DNA of 64,000 nucleotides from NCBI GenBank assembly GCA_963705255.1, contig OY970061.1:480001-544000 (forward strand), given 5' to 3'. Position numbers and translations under genes: made by a program. Shown one piece after another: positions 41,916 to 53,159 of this stretch (position 1 is the first letter of the stretch; every line of letters begins with the position of its first letter). The notes under the pieces are model-generated. The model was not told the DNA's origin. It was given only the letters and a program-made list of their open reading frames with translations, and made no database searches. The stretch comes from an uncultured Methanoregulaceae archaeon (GTDB lineage Archaea; Halobacteriota; Methanomicrobia; Methanomicrobiales; Methanospirillaceae).

Positions 41916-44188
41916 TCAATCGTACTTCCGGAACAGCGCCGGGTTCTGCCTCCGGATCCACCAGCGCCGGATCAGGAGGATGGCAACCGCGATGAGGATG
42001 ATAACCGCGATGGCGATCGCGAGGGTCATCAGCGGAAAACCCTCTTCCGGCAGCGGTGCCGGGGCAGGGAGCGGTGATGTGGCTGCCGGGTGAATGAGAT
42101 CCGCTCCCGTTATGACCGGCGTTGCAGGTACGGGAACCGTGGTTACAGCCGGGGATACCATTCCACTCGTTACGGCAGCGTTCGGGGTGTCTCCTGTCGC
42201 GTTCAGCCTGCCTGCAATCGCAAAGTAGCAGAAGCCGGGAGTGGTTGCACCATAGTAGTTCAGGTCTCCTGCGGTGTGATCCAGCCGGGTCGGGAGCTCC
42301 TGCCACCCGTTGTCATGATTCCGGAGCATGACGACATCACCCGGAGCGAGCCCGTGCCCGGCAAGCCACGCACTGCTGACCGTGAACTGGATATCCGCGT
42401 GGTCAACCGAGGATTCCGGGTTGACCCAGTTGAGATCGATGCGCTGGTATCCGGCAACCTCACGCCCGCTGATCTGTAAGGCCGGGCCGGGAGTTACCTG
42501 CTGGACCATGAGCTCTGACTCACCGATATTTATGGACGGGTACAGGGTGACTGACTGCACGCTCACGGTATTCCCGGATGACGGGGGAGCAAACCCGAAG
42601 GTGACCGGGCTTCCCGCCGACGCTGCCTTGCCATAGGCGGTCTGCACCCCTCCCGAGGGGGAACTGCCCGAGTCCATGGGCGAGGGCGTCGGTGGAGGGA
42701 CCACCCTAACGCTGAACGAAGCACTGGTTCCCGGAACGGTGTTTCCCAGCGTATCCATACCGACAAGGCTGACCTGGTAGGTACCAAGGGTCGTCAGGGT
42801 GGTGAACTCGGACCCGAACTCGAAGAGCGAGTTATACCGCGTCGTGCTCCCGGGCGTGAAGTACCGGGAGAGATTGACGTCATGGGACGCGGTGAGGACC
42901 GTTCCGCCGCTTGAATTCGTAATGGTATAGGCGATCTGGGAGGTCCGGTTGCTGATCGAGTAACCAGTAGGGTGCCGAAGTTGTCGTCACGGCCGATGCG
43001 ATCGGCTTCGTGACTCCGAAGACGATGAACTCCTGCCCCTGGGTGATGGTAACGCCACCGGACAGGTCCGTGTAGACCGTCTTTTGCGCGGTATCGTTCG
43101 GGTCATAGAGGTTCTCGTAGCTCGAAGGGGGGATAGAGCGGACCTCGACCCGGGTGAGGGCGAGCCGGTTCGCGCCGGTAAAGGGTGTGATCGCAGACGC
43201 AATGTTCCGGGAGGTTCCGCTCGTGTCTACGTATTTTAAAAAGGGTTCCCCGTTGCTGTAATAGAGGAATGTCGTATTCGGCGAATCCTGAAGGTTGTAC
43301 TTCAGGATCGGGGCCAGTTCGACCGAGTAGGTCTGTACTGGCGGAATTGATGTTGTACAGGAACATCGTGTTATTGGCGACGGCAATGGTATCGAGAACC
43401 GTCCCGCTGAGGTCGTTCACCACCTCGATCCCGTTGTTGGGGTACGCCCGGAAAACGAAATTGGACCAGTTCGACCCGCCATCCGAGAAATAGCCGGGGA
43501 ATGCGTCGAAATACGTCCGGAGGTTGTGCTGGATGGCATAGCTGATGCGGGCATTCTTGTTGTCGGGCGGGCGGTTCGTGCCGAGCGCGGTATTGGTGAT
43601 CCCGAACGTGATGTTCTCGGTGATGTTCTCGCCGTTGAGCGTTCCGGAAAGGCCGGTCACGAGAATCGTGTAATCCCCGGCGGTCAGGTTCTGGAGGGTT
43701 GTCCCGGAACTGTCCTTGTAGGTCGTGTTGTAGGTCTGGGTGACTCCTCCGAGGACAAGCCCTGCATAATACCGGTCCGTCACCACGACTTTGTTGTTGG
43801 GATCGGTGAAGCCGCTCCCGTCCGGGTTGATCACGATATCGGGGACATACCCCCCGCCCACCGTAACGCCGTTGACGAAGGAGAAGTCGAGGCAGCTCCG
43901 GTTCGTGGTTCCGCTCACCGGATCGACATGGCTCTGGATCTGGCGCAGGGGAAGGCCGGTGCAGACGGTCCCGGTGCAGGAGGCTGCAGGGAACAGCCGG
44001 ATCATCACGTCGCCGGGGGTCGCGAGCGGGGAGTTCGGGAAGATACCATAGACATAGAAGTCCCGCATCTCGGCAAAGCTCGTCTCGTTCACGCTCGGCT
44101 GGGTGATGGCGAGATCATTTGCTGCGTGAACTGACGGGATCAGGAAAAAGATGATGAAAACCAGAAAAAACCCGGTGGACGCCTTCAC
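41916..44188 (-). CDS. Large secreted surface protein with PGF-pre-PGF domain, two +1 frameshifts near 43333 and 42962
   Basis: Signal peptide ending VHA; many NxS/T sequons; WQELPT...ATTPGFCYFAI; C-terminal TM plus RRWWIRRQNPALF; pieces join into 756 aa. Confidence 0.75.
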
Positions 44189-44710
44189 AGAAATCCGGTT
44201 GAGATAGAGAGTGATATATTTTGTGAAATGCACTTCCCTCTCGGAACCGGGCTGAGGCGATTCCCGATCGCGGTACGTGCCTTCACGATACGCGGGCAGC
44301 ACCTGTTCCGGTACGGTTGGGGGGGCTGTCTTCGCCCGATAACCTGCTGCTGATGTTTCACCGTGCCTTCACAAGCGAACCGGCGACACTCCCCGCTCAC
44401 GATTCAGAACCCGGGCTTTCACCAGCCCGGTTCAGGACAGGGAGGGTACGATCAGGAAATTCCGGAATACCCGTCAGGATTTTAACCGACATGGATTCCG
44501 GTGCTGTACATCGTGTAAGGTATCCGGTCGCGGCCCGGGAACCATTGCGGTGGAGCCGGACCCTCTCTGATGGGCAGAACAGGAGATAAGGATTTCAGGG
44601 AAAAGCACGTAATCCGGCCCGGTTGTCCCTGACACGGTCCCTCCATGTACTAACGCGGGCGTCCGGGGGAGATTGCAAACTCTTTTCACCCTGCACCCGG
44701 ATTGTGATAT

Positions 44711-46409
44711 ATGCATCCGCCCCCTCCCCTCCCGTCTCTTCCCCGTCGCTCGCCCGGGATCTTTTTTCTTGCCGTTCTCCTCGTCTCCCTCGTGCTCGCC
44801 ACCACCCTGGCACTTCCGGTCTCCGCGCAGGTCACCGGCGGGGGATCGCTCCTCGCGAATGAAGAGCTGACCTCCCGGTACTTCGATGCAATCCGGGACA
44901 ACCCGGCAGAACTCCGGGCGTTTTTTGCGGATATGCCAAAGGGCGGCGACCTCCACACCCACATCAACGGGGCGGTTTACACGGAGACCCTCATCGATCT
45001 CGCCGCTGCCCAGGGTCTCTGCGTCGTTCCCTCCGACGGCACGGTCTTCCCGCCTCCCTGCAGCGGAAGCGGGACGGTGCCGGTCCGGGAGGCGTACCGG
45101 AACGCGACACTCTACCAGAACCTGATCGACTCCTGGTCGCTCCGCGGCTATACTCCGGTCACCATGTCGGCCTACGACAGGTTTTTCCTCGTGGTCTTCC
45201 CTAAGATCGGCCTCATAACGAGGAACGCGAGCCCGGTCCTGAGTGCCGACAGGTCGGAAGCCGCGGTGCAGAACATCCAGTATATGGAGACCATACTCCA
45301 GGTCCGCGATGAGACCGGCCGCGCAAACGCGCTCGCATCCTCTCTCGGCTATGACAGCAATCTCAGCCGGTTCCGGGAGAACCTCCTGGCAGCGGGTCTC
45401 GGGAATATCGCACAGAATGCAACGCTGGCGCTTGCGGATCTCTCCCGCTCCTCGGACGAGGCCCTCCGGTGCGGAACCGCAGGAGCGGATCCCGGCTGCA
45501 ACGTCACGGTCCGGTACCTGTACCAGGCGTCACGCACCCTGCCCAAGGAGAACGTGTTTGCGCAGCTCCTCCTCGGGTTCGAGGTGGTGAACCGCTCCCC
45601 GCTTGCCGTGGGCGTCAATATTGTCGGGGCAGAGGACGATTATACCGCCCGCACCGATTACTCCCTCCACATGGAGATGGTGGGGTACCTCAGGTCCGTC
45701 TATCCCGCCGTGAACGTCACCCTCCATGCGGGCGAACTCGCCCCCGGGCTCGTACCGCCCCGGGATCTCCGGTCCCATATCCGGGAAGCGGTCGTAACCG
45801 CAGGGGCGCAGAGGATCGGGCACGCGGTCGACATCGCCTCCGAGGAAAGGTCATCGGATACGATCCGGCTGATGGCGAGCAGGCATATCGCGGTCGAGGT
45901 CCTGCTGGTCAGCAATGCGGAACTGCTCGGGGTAGAGGGAGGAGCACACCCCTTCCCGCTCTATATCGAGAACGGTGTCCCCGTCGTGCTTGCCACGGAT
46001 GACGAGGGCATCGAGCGGACCGATCTTACGGAGCAGTTCGTGATTGCGGCCGGGAGCTGACCCGGAGGTGACCTACCGCGACCTGAAGCAGTGCGTGAGA
46101 AATAGCCTGGAATATTCATTCCTGCGCGGCGGGAGCCTCTGGGCCGGGACCGGGGAGTATTCGCGGACTGTTTCCCCCTGTTCCGGAGACGTTCCCGGTT
46201 CATCCGACCCGTCGGCGGGATGCAGCGCGTACCTCGGGAGCAATGAAAAAGCCCGGATGCAATGGCAGCTTGAGCGAAATCTTGCGGACTTTGAGGAGCA
46301 AATCGCATCGAACCCTCCGGTACCTACGCAGGCCGGCATGGGCCGGCAGTCATGGCTCCTCCCGGCCATGTACTACCAGGGATCTTTCCACCCGTTCTCT
46401 CTCGTGTAG
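44711..46409 (+). CDS. Secreted adenosine deaminase-family protein, +1 frameshift near 46059
   Basis: MPKGGDLHTH, LHAGE, RIGH and ATDDEG motifs; N-terminal signal peptide. Confidence 0.85.
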
Positions 46410-46550
46410 GAGTCTTCAGTCCGGGCCTGAACCTCAACGCCTTTTAGGTAAGAGAACGCTCCCGGTATCGTTTCAAAAAGTGTTTCAAATTTTGGTTTTC
46501 AGGTAACTGCCTATAAACCCCATCTTCACATGCTTTTGTGGAGATTCAAA

Positions 46551-46976
46551 ATGTCCGCTACAAACAGTCAAGCAACCTGTATCGCAATCAGGACACTACG
46601 GCCGGAACAATTCCACCAGACCGCGGGAGACTTCCTCTCACAGGCCTTCCCGGACAAGGCAGGCACCGGGATGCCGGGCCGGGTTGGCGACCGGTTCCGG
46701 TCGGCCGGGATCGATATCAGCCCTGAGGAATCCAGCGAACTCGATATCTTCGATGAGTTCCTGGCGAGCCATGTGCAGCCGAACCGGATCTGCGATGTCC
46801 AGTGCATGCTGCTCTGGAGCGAATGGGTCCGGACCTTCCGGCGCCGGGCGCCCGGGTTCCCGAACCTGATCCGGGAGAACGAGTTCCGCAGTGTCATCAC
46901 GGACACGTTCGGCATCGAGATCGCGGATGACGGATTCCGGGGTAAAGTGTACCCCGGCATCCGGTTCGTCCCGTGA
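46551..46976 (+). CDS. Hypothetical protein
   Basis: Coding-like ORF with upstream GGAG; ends VYPGIRFVP. Confidence 0.65.
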   Translation: MSATNSQATCIAIRTLRPEQFHQTAGDFLSQAFPDKAGTGMPGRVGDRFRSAGIDISPEESSELDIFDEFLASHVQPNRICDVQCMLLWSEWVRTFRRRAPGFPNLIRENEFRSVITDTFGIEIADDGFRGKVYPGIRFVP

Positions 46977-47614
46977 CTGCGTTCTCTGACTGCCGGTCCT
47001 GTGCCGTGCCTGTCGAGAGAAAGAGATGAATCCTTTTTAGCAAACAGTTGGACCGGACTAGGTAACAGATAGTTATGTGACACCCCTGGGTCTGGGGGTC
47101 AAGTGGGTTGCAAAGGTCACTATGGTCGGGGGTCTGGGGGGGGTCGGATGGGTACATTCCATCCGGCACGAAACGAGGGTGACCGGGATGATGCCGTCGT
47201 AATTTTCCGCTTTTTCCGGCACGGCTTAGGCTGCGAAAATACAAATGTACCTGCCCGACCCCCCTCTGCTGCATCCGGTTTTTGGGCAAAATTGAACATA
47301 TTTTACACCGTTGTACTGAGAGAATCATGGGCTTGTGGGTGGGAAGGGGTCGGGTGGGGACAAATGGAATCTGCGCCGGGATCGTTGTCCTGGAGCAGTG
47401 GTTTGCACGCAAAAATGACCCGAAGACTAGCTTTGCCGAACTGAATTATCCATTCCATAACAGTATAAAAAATCAGGATTATATGATCGCGTAATATTTT
47501 CTGTCCCTCATAAATCCAATTTAATTTTACATTTTGTGAGGGGCAGAGATTTTTGAATGGATTAAATAAATAAACATACATAATTAGACACTACAAAATG
47601 TCGATCAGTAAATT

Positions 47615-49741
47615 ATGAATTCTATTGAAGGGGAAACGGAATTTGATTTCATAAAAATGGTAAGTGACGCTCAAAAGGAATGCAATGATATTAAAAATAA
47701 ACTGGAAGAAAAAATTAATTCAAAAAATAAACTGGAAATTTTATCAAGGATTTCTCTACTGACACAAACCCGCCCAAATGGAACTTCATACTCAGAATAT
47801 TATGGCACTCTTTCTGACACAGCCTGTATGCCTTTTATTGTTGGATTATCTCTAAAAAAAGAAACAATTTGTGGACTAGAACCCTCTTTTGAAGATATTG
47901 AAGATATTTTGAATTTATTGGATTCATATTTTAATAAATATGGACTTTCATTGCACCCCATTTCAAAAAATTCAGATAACAGAGAGGATATAATATACTC
48001 AGCAAGGATTCATGGATTAATCGGACAAATAAATCCAGAGAAATATCCGTTTCAGATATTAGAATTACTAAGAAAAACATTTGGACATTTGGATGATTAT
48101 TTCAAAAAGAAGTATGGATTTACTGTAAATGATGCAATTTTTTTTGGACAATTGATCGAAGATCATTATGTCAATAATGTGAATCAAAGGAAGAGAGGTG
48201 TTCAAAAAGAAGAATTAAAAGAGGAAGAAAAGAGTCGGATATTTTATTCAAAAATACGAGAAATAATCGAAATATCTCCTGAAAAATTTTGCGAGGACAA
48301 CCACATAGAAGATCCTGAAACATTTGGAAAATATTTATCCACACTCTCTTGCAATTTTGGTGAAGGAAATGAAAAATACGATTCTCCTTTAGATGATAAC
48401 CTCATTTTTAATAAACCGTTGATACACAATAAAGGAAAATACTACTCATTTATTCCATTAGATTTGATCCAAAAATTACCTTCTATTTTTGAAGATTTAT
48501 TATATAAAGAAAAAATTGCAAATTCTAAAAATTGGCAGAGATACAAGGAAACCAAGTCAAAATATACTGAAACCAAAGTTCATGAAGGCATTTCAAAAAT
48601 TTTTCCCGAAAGAGATATTTTTAGAAATTTGTTTTATAAATACAACGGAACTCCGTTTGAAGTTGATCATATTATCCAATATTGTAACAACGTAATCGTT
48701 ATCGAATCAAAATCCGGAAATTTTTCACTTTCCGCAAAAAGAGGCGGATTGGAAAGAATAAAAACAGACCTAAAACGTTTAGTCTGTGATGCACATTCTC
48801 AAGCTTTACGAGTAAAAGATTTTATAATATCTAGAAAAAGTGCAGAATTTAAAGATTCTAGTAAAAATGTGGTTTTAAAGATCGAATATAAGGAAAACGA
48901 TACTAATTTTATTTTGATCAATGTTACCTTGGAGCCTCTTCATAGTTTTTCGAGCAATTTAAAACGTTTAGAAAATTTGGGGATATTTTCAAAATATGAT
49001 TATCCTTGGTCTGTTAGTCTTTTTGAATTGGAAATTATAACAAAATTTTTGAATTCTCCAGCAATTTTTATTCACTATATAGAAAGACGGTTGAAAGCAC
49101 AAGAACAGAATAACTTTTCGACATATGATGAGTTGAGCTTTTTAGGCCTGTATTTAGAGAAAGGGAATTTTGATTTCTCTACAAAAAATGGTAAAAAACT
49201 TGACATGATCTCGCTTAATCCCGAGTTCTTAGCAGATTTTGACAATCATTATCTCCTAGGAAAAGAAGCTCCTCAACTAAAAATTGAAAAAGAAATTAGA
49301 ACAATCATAACCGAACTGGAGAAATTGAGACCAGATAACTTTACAAAAATAACAAATGTCCTATTAGATTTGAATCATGAAAGTAGGACGAATTTCATAA
49401 TGTGTCTAAAAAAAGTTATATCAGATACACAAATTGACGGCAGACGTCATGATTTTAGTTTTGTTGTCGAACCAAAAAAGATTGGGATCACCGTTTTCTC
49501 TCAAGTTGGAAGAGAAAATTTGTTAAACCATCTCGCCTCATTTTGCGAATTGAAAAAATATCAGATTAAATCTGATTCTTGGATAGGATTAGGAATTGAT
49601 ATTTTAGACTCTGATTACTTTGTTAATGAATATTATTTCGATGATGAAAAATGGAGAAAAGAGCCAAGGAAAGAGAAATTGCTAAAGTGGGTTTATGATA
49701 ACAAAATACTCCGACCAAATCCCGACTTTATTTTAAAATAA
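47615..49741 (+). CDS. Low-GC 708-aa protein with NERD/PD-(D/E)XK-like nuclease motif
   Basis: EVDHII...VIVIESKS...AHSQALR; very AT-rich. Confidence 0.75.
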   Translation: MNSIEGETEFDFIKMVSDAQKECNDIKNKLEEKINSKNKLEILSRISLLTQTRPNGTSYSEYYGTLSDTACMPFIVGLSLKKETICGLEPSFEDIEDILNLLDSYFNKYGLSLHPISKNSDNREDIIYSARIHGLIGQINPEKYPFQILELLRKTFGHLDDYFKKKYGFTVNDAIFFGQLIEDHYVNNVNQRKRGVQKEELKEEEKSRIFYSKIREIIEISPEKFCEDNHIEDPETFGKYLSTLSCNFGEGNEKYDSPLDDNLIFNKPLIHNKGKYYSFIPLDLIQKLPSIFEDLLYKEKIANSKNWQRYKETKSKYTETKVHEGISKIFPERDIFRNLFYKYNGTPFEVDHIIQYCNNVIVIESKSGNFSLSAKRGGLERIKTDLKRLVCDAHSQALRVKDFIISRKSAEFKDSSKNVVLKIEYKENDTNFILINVTLEPLHSFSSNLKRLENLGIFSKYDYPWSVSLFELEIITKFLNSPAIFIHYIERRLKAQEQNNFSTYDELSFLGLYLEKGNFDFSTKNGKKLDMISLNPEFLADFDNHYLLGKEAPQLKIEKEIRTIITELEKLRPDNFTKITNVLLDLNHESRTNFIMCLKKVISDTQIDGRRHDFSFVVEPKKIGITVFSQVGRENLLNHLASFCELKKYQIKSDSWIGLGIDILDSDYFVNEYYFDDEKWRKEPRKEKLLKWVYDNKILRPNPDFILK

Positions 49742-49781
49742 CGCGACGTCTAGACCATCAAACTTCAAATCAGAAAAAGAA

Positions 49782-49853
49782 TGCGCCGACCGGGACTCGA
49801 ACCCGGGTTTAGGCGTTGGCAACGCCTAGTGATAACCACTACACTATCGGCGC
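49782..49853 (-). tRNA. tRNA-Gly(GCC)
   Basis: 72-nt cloverleaf GCGCCGA...TCGGCGCA, anticodon arm AGGCG-TTGCCAA-CGCCT. Confidence 0.97.
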
Positions 49854-50004
49854 AGTGTGCTCTACAATGTGGGAATTCAAACAATTTAAGTATATCGAAG
49901 GGAAGGACGGCGCTGGATGGGTTCCCGTTCCCTTCCTGCAGACCCGGTGCCACAAGCATTATCTTTTCCACCCCTCTATTAAATGATAACCGAGCCGGTT
50001 TTTT

Positions 50005-50208
50005 ATGTCCGCAATCAAGACAAATGCTGTTTACAAGGATGGCACACTGGTACTGGATGCTCCGATAAACCTGCCGGATCAAACCCGTGTGGAAGTCGTG
50101 ATCCGGAAAAAATTTTCAGCATTCGTCAAAAAATTCGGGGAACCGGAGGCAAAGGCTGATGCCGATCGCCTCCTGGCGAAGAACCGGAGAAGAATCAGGA
50201 ATGGCTGA
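50005..50208 (+). CDS. Antitoxin (DUF104/AF2212-like)
   Basis: AVYKDGTL...PINLPD...VEVVI; overlaps the PIN gene. Confidence 0.8.
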   Translation: MSAIKTNAVYKDGTLVLDAPINLPDQTRVEVVIRKKFSAFVKKFGEPEAKADADRLLAKNRRRIRNG

Positions 50209-50677
50209 TATCTCCTCCTGCGTCGTGGACACATCGGTGATCATCAAGGCACTCTTCTCACCTTCCCGGCGGCATGCGGGAACTACGTATTCCCGTGAGA
50301 TGAAGACGCACAAAACCTGTGTCAACCTGCTTTCCGTACTCGATGAACGGGGAACGGAGTTCTTCCTCCCCCGTTGCGGCATCATCGAAATTGCCGCGGT
50401 ATCGGGCAGGCTTGCAGATCCCCATGGTGCAGAAGAGATCTGTAATGAGATCGAATCCAGTTATACGATCGTCCCTGAGGAACAGATAATAACAACCGCG
50501 AAAATCATCGCGTTGTCTGAAGGATGTCCGGGATTCGACACCTATTTTATTGCCCTTGCGGAACAGGAATCCCTCCCGCTTTTCACTGACGACCTGGGAA
50601 TGCATCGGGTCTGCGAAAGGAGGAATGTATCCTCACGGCTGGTGCGCGAAATGGATCCGGAAATATTTCTTTCCTGA
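50201..50677 (+). CDS. VapC/PIN toxin
   Basis: VVDTSV, E, FDTYFIALA and LFTDD motifs. Confidence 0.88.
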   Translation: MADISSCVVDTSVIIKALFSPSRRHAGTTYSREMKTHKTCVNLLSVLDERGTEFFLPRCGIIEIAAVSGRLADPHGAEEICNEIESSYTIVPEEQIITTAKIIALSEGCPGFDTYFIALAEQESLPLFTDDLGMHRVCERRNVSSRLVREMDPEIFLS

Positions 50678-50679
50678 AT

Positions 50680-50783
50680 TCTGTAATTGCCCGGTAGTCT
50701 CTTTTAAGAAACCCGCAAACCAATGCCGCGTTGGCGCGATTCAGAAGAAGCTCAAGAATGATATTGGTATCGACCAGGTACAT
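50680..50783 (-). pseudogene. Truncated VapC/PIN toxin
   Basis: MYLVDTNIILELLL start; PIN-like sequence ends after about 30 codons where it meets the opposing gene. Confidence 0.65.
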
Positions 50784-50995
50784 CAGATACGCAACCGGGA
50801 AATGGTATGCTGGAGATCAACGGAAGTCGTTGTTTCTGCAAGGTAGGAGAGCCCGCCTGCCCAATCGAGCTTGAGCGAGCGCCTGCGGCCGGATTTTGCC
50901 CGCTCTGCAAGATGCATAACATACTCGATGACCTCTTCCTGGAGTTCCGGGGGCAACTGCCGGACTATCGGCCCGAGTGAATCGATGGACTGCAT
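50783..50995 (-). CDS. DUF2281-like antitoxin
   Basis: LPPELQEEVIEY...LKLDWAGGL...TSVDLQH. Confidence 0.8.
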   Translation of the reverse strand: MQSIDSLGPIVRQLPPELQEEVIEYVMHLAERAKSGRRRSLKLDWAGGLSYLAETTTSVDLQHTISRLRI

Positions 50996-51148
50996 ACAAT
51001 ACCCTTCCTTGGAACCGGATATCCTGTTTCTTCCTGTTATTGATAGTCCTGTCGGGGTGATAAAAATATCTTCGGATCCAGCCCACAACTGTCAATCCGC
51101 TTCAATTCCAACATCTTAAAGTAACGCAATCGCCCTACCTTATACCAG

Positions 51149-51775
51149 ATGATCCCTCTCTTCGTGGATTGTTCCGGCAGGCGCATCGTGATCTTCGGAG
51201 GGGGGGAGGTGGCCGCACGGAAGGCCGCCTACTTTGCCGGCAAAGCTGACGTGATCGTGGTGAGCCGCTCCTTCTCGGAGAAGTTCGACGGGATGCAGGT
51301 GACACGGCACACCCTCGACATCGGCACGGTCCCCGACGAATGGCTTGCGAATTTCATCCACGGCGCATTCCTGGTCATCGCGGCCTTGTCCGGGACCGGA
51401 CAGAACAACCGGATTGGGGGGCTGTGCAGGAGCAGGGGGATCCTGTTCAACAACGCGGACGGGGAGCCCGGGGACGTGATCCTCCCGGCGGTCAGCGGCG
51501 GCAGCGAATATAGCATCGCGATCAGCACGGACGGGAAGAGCCCGGCGGTGGCCCGCTTCCTCAGGGAGCAGATCGACCGGGGGTTCCCGGCCCTGGATGC
51601 GATGGTCCGGCTGCAGGAGCGGCTGCGGCAGGAACTGAAAACAACCGAACCCGACCAGGCGAAGCGTAACGCCATCCTCAGGGAAGTGCTGGACGACCAC
51701 GCCGTCTGGGAGTCCCTGAAGACAGATCCCGCCCGGGCGTGGGAGACGGTCAGCGGGAGGTACCTCCATGGCTGA
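51149..51775 (+). CDS. sirC: Precorrin-2 dehydrogenase (SirC/CysG N-terminal type)
   Basis: MIPLF...GGGEVAARK and IAISTDGKSP motifs. Confidence 0.9.
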   Translation: MIPLFVDCSGRRIVIFGGGEVAARKAAYFAGKADVIVVSRSFSEKFDGMQVTRHTLDIGTVPDEWLANFIHGAFLVIAALSGTGQNNRIGGLCRSRGILFNNADGEPGDVILPAVSGGSEYSIAISTDGKSPAVARFLREQIDRGFPALDAMVRLQERLRQELKTTEPDQAKRNAILREVLDDHAVWESLKTDPARAWETVSGRYLHG

Positions 51776-53042
51776 CCCGGCAGTCCCGCTCGCGATCGCC
51801 GGGGTCAGCCATCACACGGCCAACGTGATGACCCTCGAAGGGTTCCGGTTTGCGGACGAAGCTGAGTTCCTTGCCGCTGCACGCGAACGCTTCCGCGGCG
51901 TCATTCTGCTCCAGACCTGCAACCGGGTGGAGGTGATCGTGGAAGGCGGCCGGGAAGCCCTCGGGGAGTTCCTTCTTTGCCTCGGGCGGAAGGAGTTCTT
52001 CATCCACGACGGCAGCGGTGCCCTCCGCCACCTCTTCGCCCTCGCGTCCGGCATAGACTCGATGATTGTCGGCGAGGACCAGATCATCGGGCAGCTCCGG
52101 ACCGCGCTTACGAATGCGCAGGAAGCCGGCACGGCGAGCAGCCTCCTCGAGACCTGTCTCAACAAGGCGATCCATGTCGGCATCGAGGTGCGGAGGCGGA
52201 CGCTCATCAACCGGGGGGCAGTCTCGGTCGGGTCCGCCGCCGTCCAGCTCGCCGAGGCGGAGATCGGCACGCTTGCCGGCCGGCACATCCTCGTCGTCGG
52301 CAGCGGGGAGATGGGTCTCCTCGTGGCACAGGCGCTTGCGGCCAAGCACCTGACCGCCATGTACGTCGCCAACCGCACGTACGGGCGGGCGGTCATCCTT
52401 GCAAACAAGATCGGCGGGAAAGCCGTGCGGTTTGCCGAACTCTACCATTACATCACCCTCTCTGACGTGGTGATCTCCTGCACCTCCGCCCCCCACCCGG
52501 TCATCCACCGGAAGGAACTCGCCTGCGCCATGAAGGACCGCTGCTGGCCCACCGAGGGCCACCCGCGCCCCCTGATCCTCGTCGACATCGCCCAGCCCCG
52601 GGACGTCGAGGACGGGGCAGGGACCGTGGACGGCGTGCGCCTCTTCACCATCGACGACCTCCGCACGGTCAACGAGCAGGCCATGGGCACCCGCAGGGCC
52701 GAGGCGGAGCGGGCGCACGGGTTCGTGGAGGCGGAGCTCGCAATCTTCCTGCGCCACCTCAACCGGAAGACCGCCGACGACCTCCTCGCCACGCTCCACA
52801 CGTGGGCGGAGACCGTACGGGTGCGGGAGCGTGAACGGGCGATCGCCCGGATGGGCACGGTCGACGCAAAGACCGCCGGGATCGTTGACGACCTCACCCG
52901 GGTGCTCACCAAGAAACTCCTTACGGATGTGACCTTTGCCATCCGCTCGTGTGCCGAGGAAGGCGACCTTGCAGCTGCCGAGGCGCTGGTGAAGGCTATA
53001 ACGCAGGGCGACCGGATCGAAGGGGCCGGTAAGCTGGAGTGA
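51768..53042 (+). CDS. hemA: Glutamyl-tRNA reductase
   Basis: TCNRVE, SGIDSMIVGEDQIIGQ, GSGEMG and DIAQPRD motifs. Confidence 0.96.
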   Translation: MADPAVPLAIAGVSHHTANVMTLEGFRFADEAEFLAAARERFRGVILLQTCNRVEVIVEGGREALGEFLLCLGRKEFFIHDGSGALRHLFALASGIDSMIVGEDQIIGQLRTALTNAQEAGTASSLLETCLNKAIHVGIEVRRRTLINRGAVSVGSAAVQLAEAEIGTLAGRHILVVGSGEMGLLVAQALAAKHLTAMYVANRTYGRAVILANKIGGKAVRFAELYHYITLSDVVISCTSAPHPVIHRKELACAMKDRCWPTEGHPRPLILVDIAQPRDVEDGAGTVDGVRLFTIDDLRTVNEQAMGTRRAEAERAHGFVEAELAIFLRHLNRKTADDLLATLHTWAETVRVRERERAIARMGTVDAKTAGIVDDLTRVLTKKLLTDVTFAIRSCAEEGDLAAAEALVKAITQGDRIEGAGKLE

Positions 53043-53159
53043 GCTAAGGCATAATGCCGCTCCGGTTCCTTCTCCAGTCAATTGGGAAATTTCCTGTCCG
53101 GATTCGATTTTTGTTGTTTAGATTTGGTGAGGGGATGAGTTCACAAAATGATGTGATGA

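Noticed and set aside
47370-47385. att duplicate of the tRNA-Gly 3' end (TGCGCCG)
   Set aside because: Only 7 nt match, which is expected by chance.
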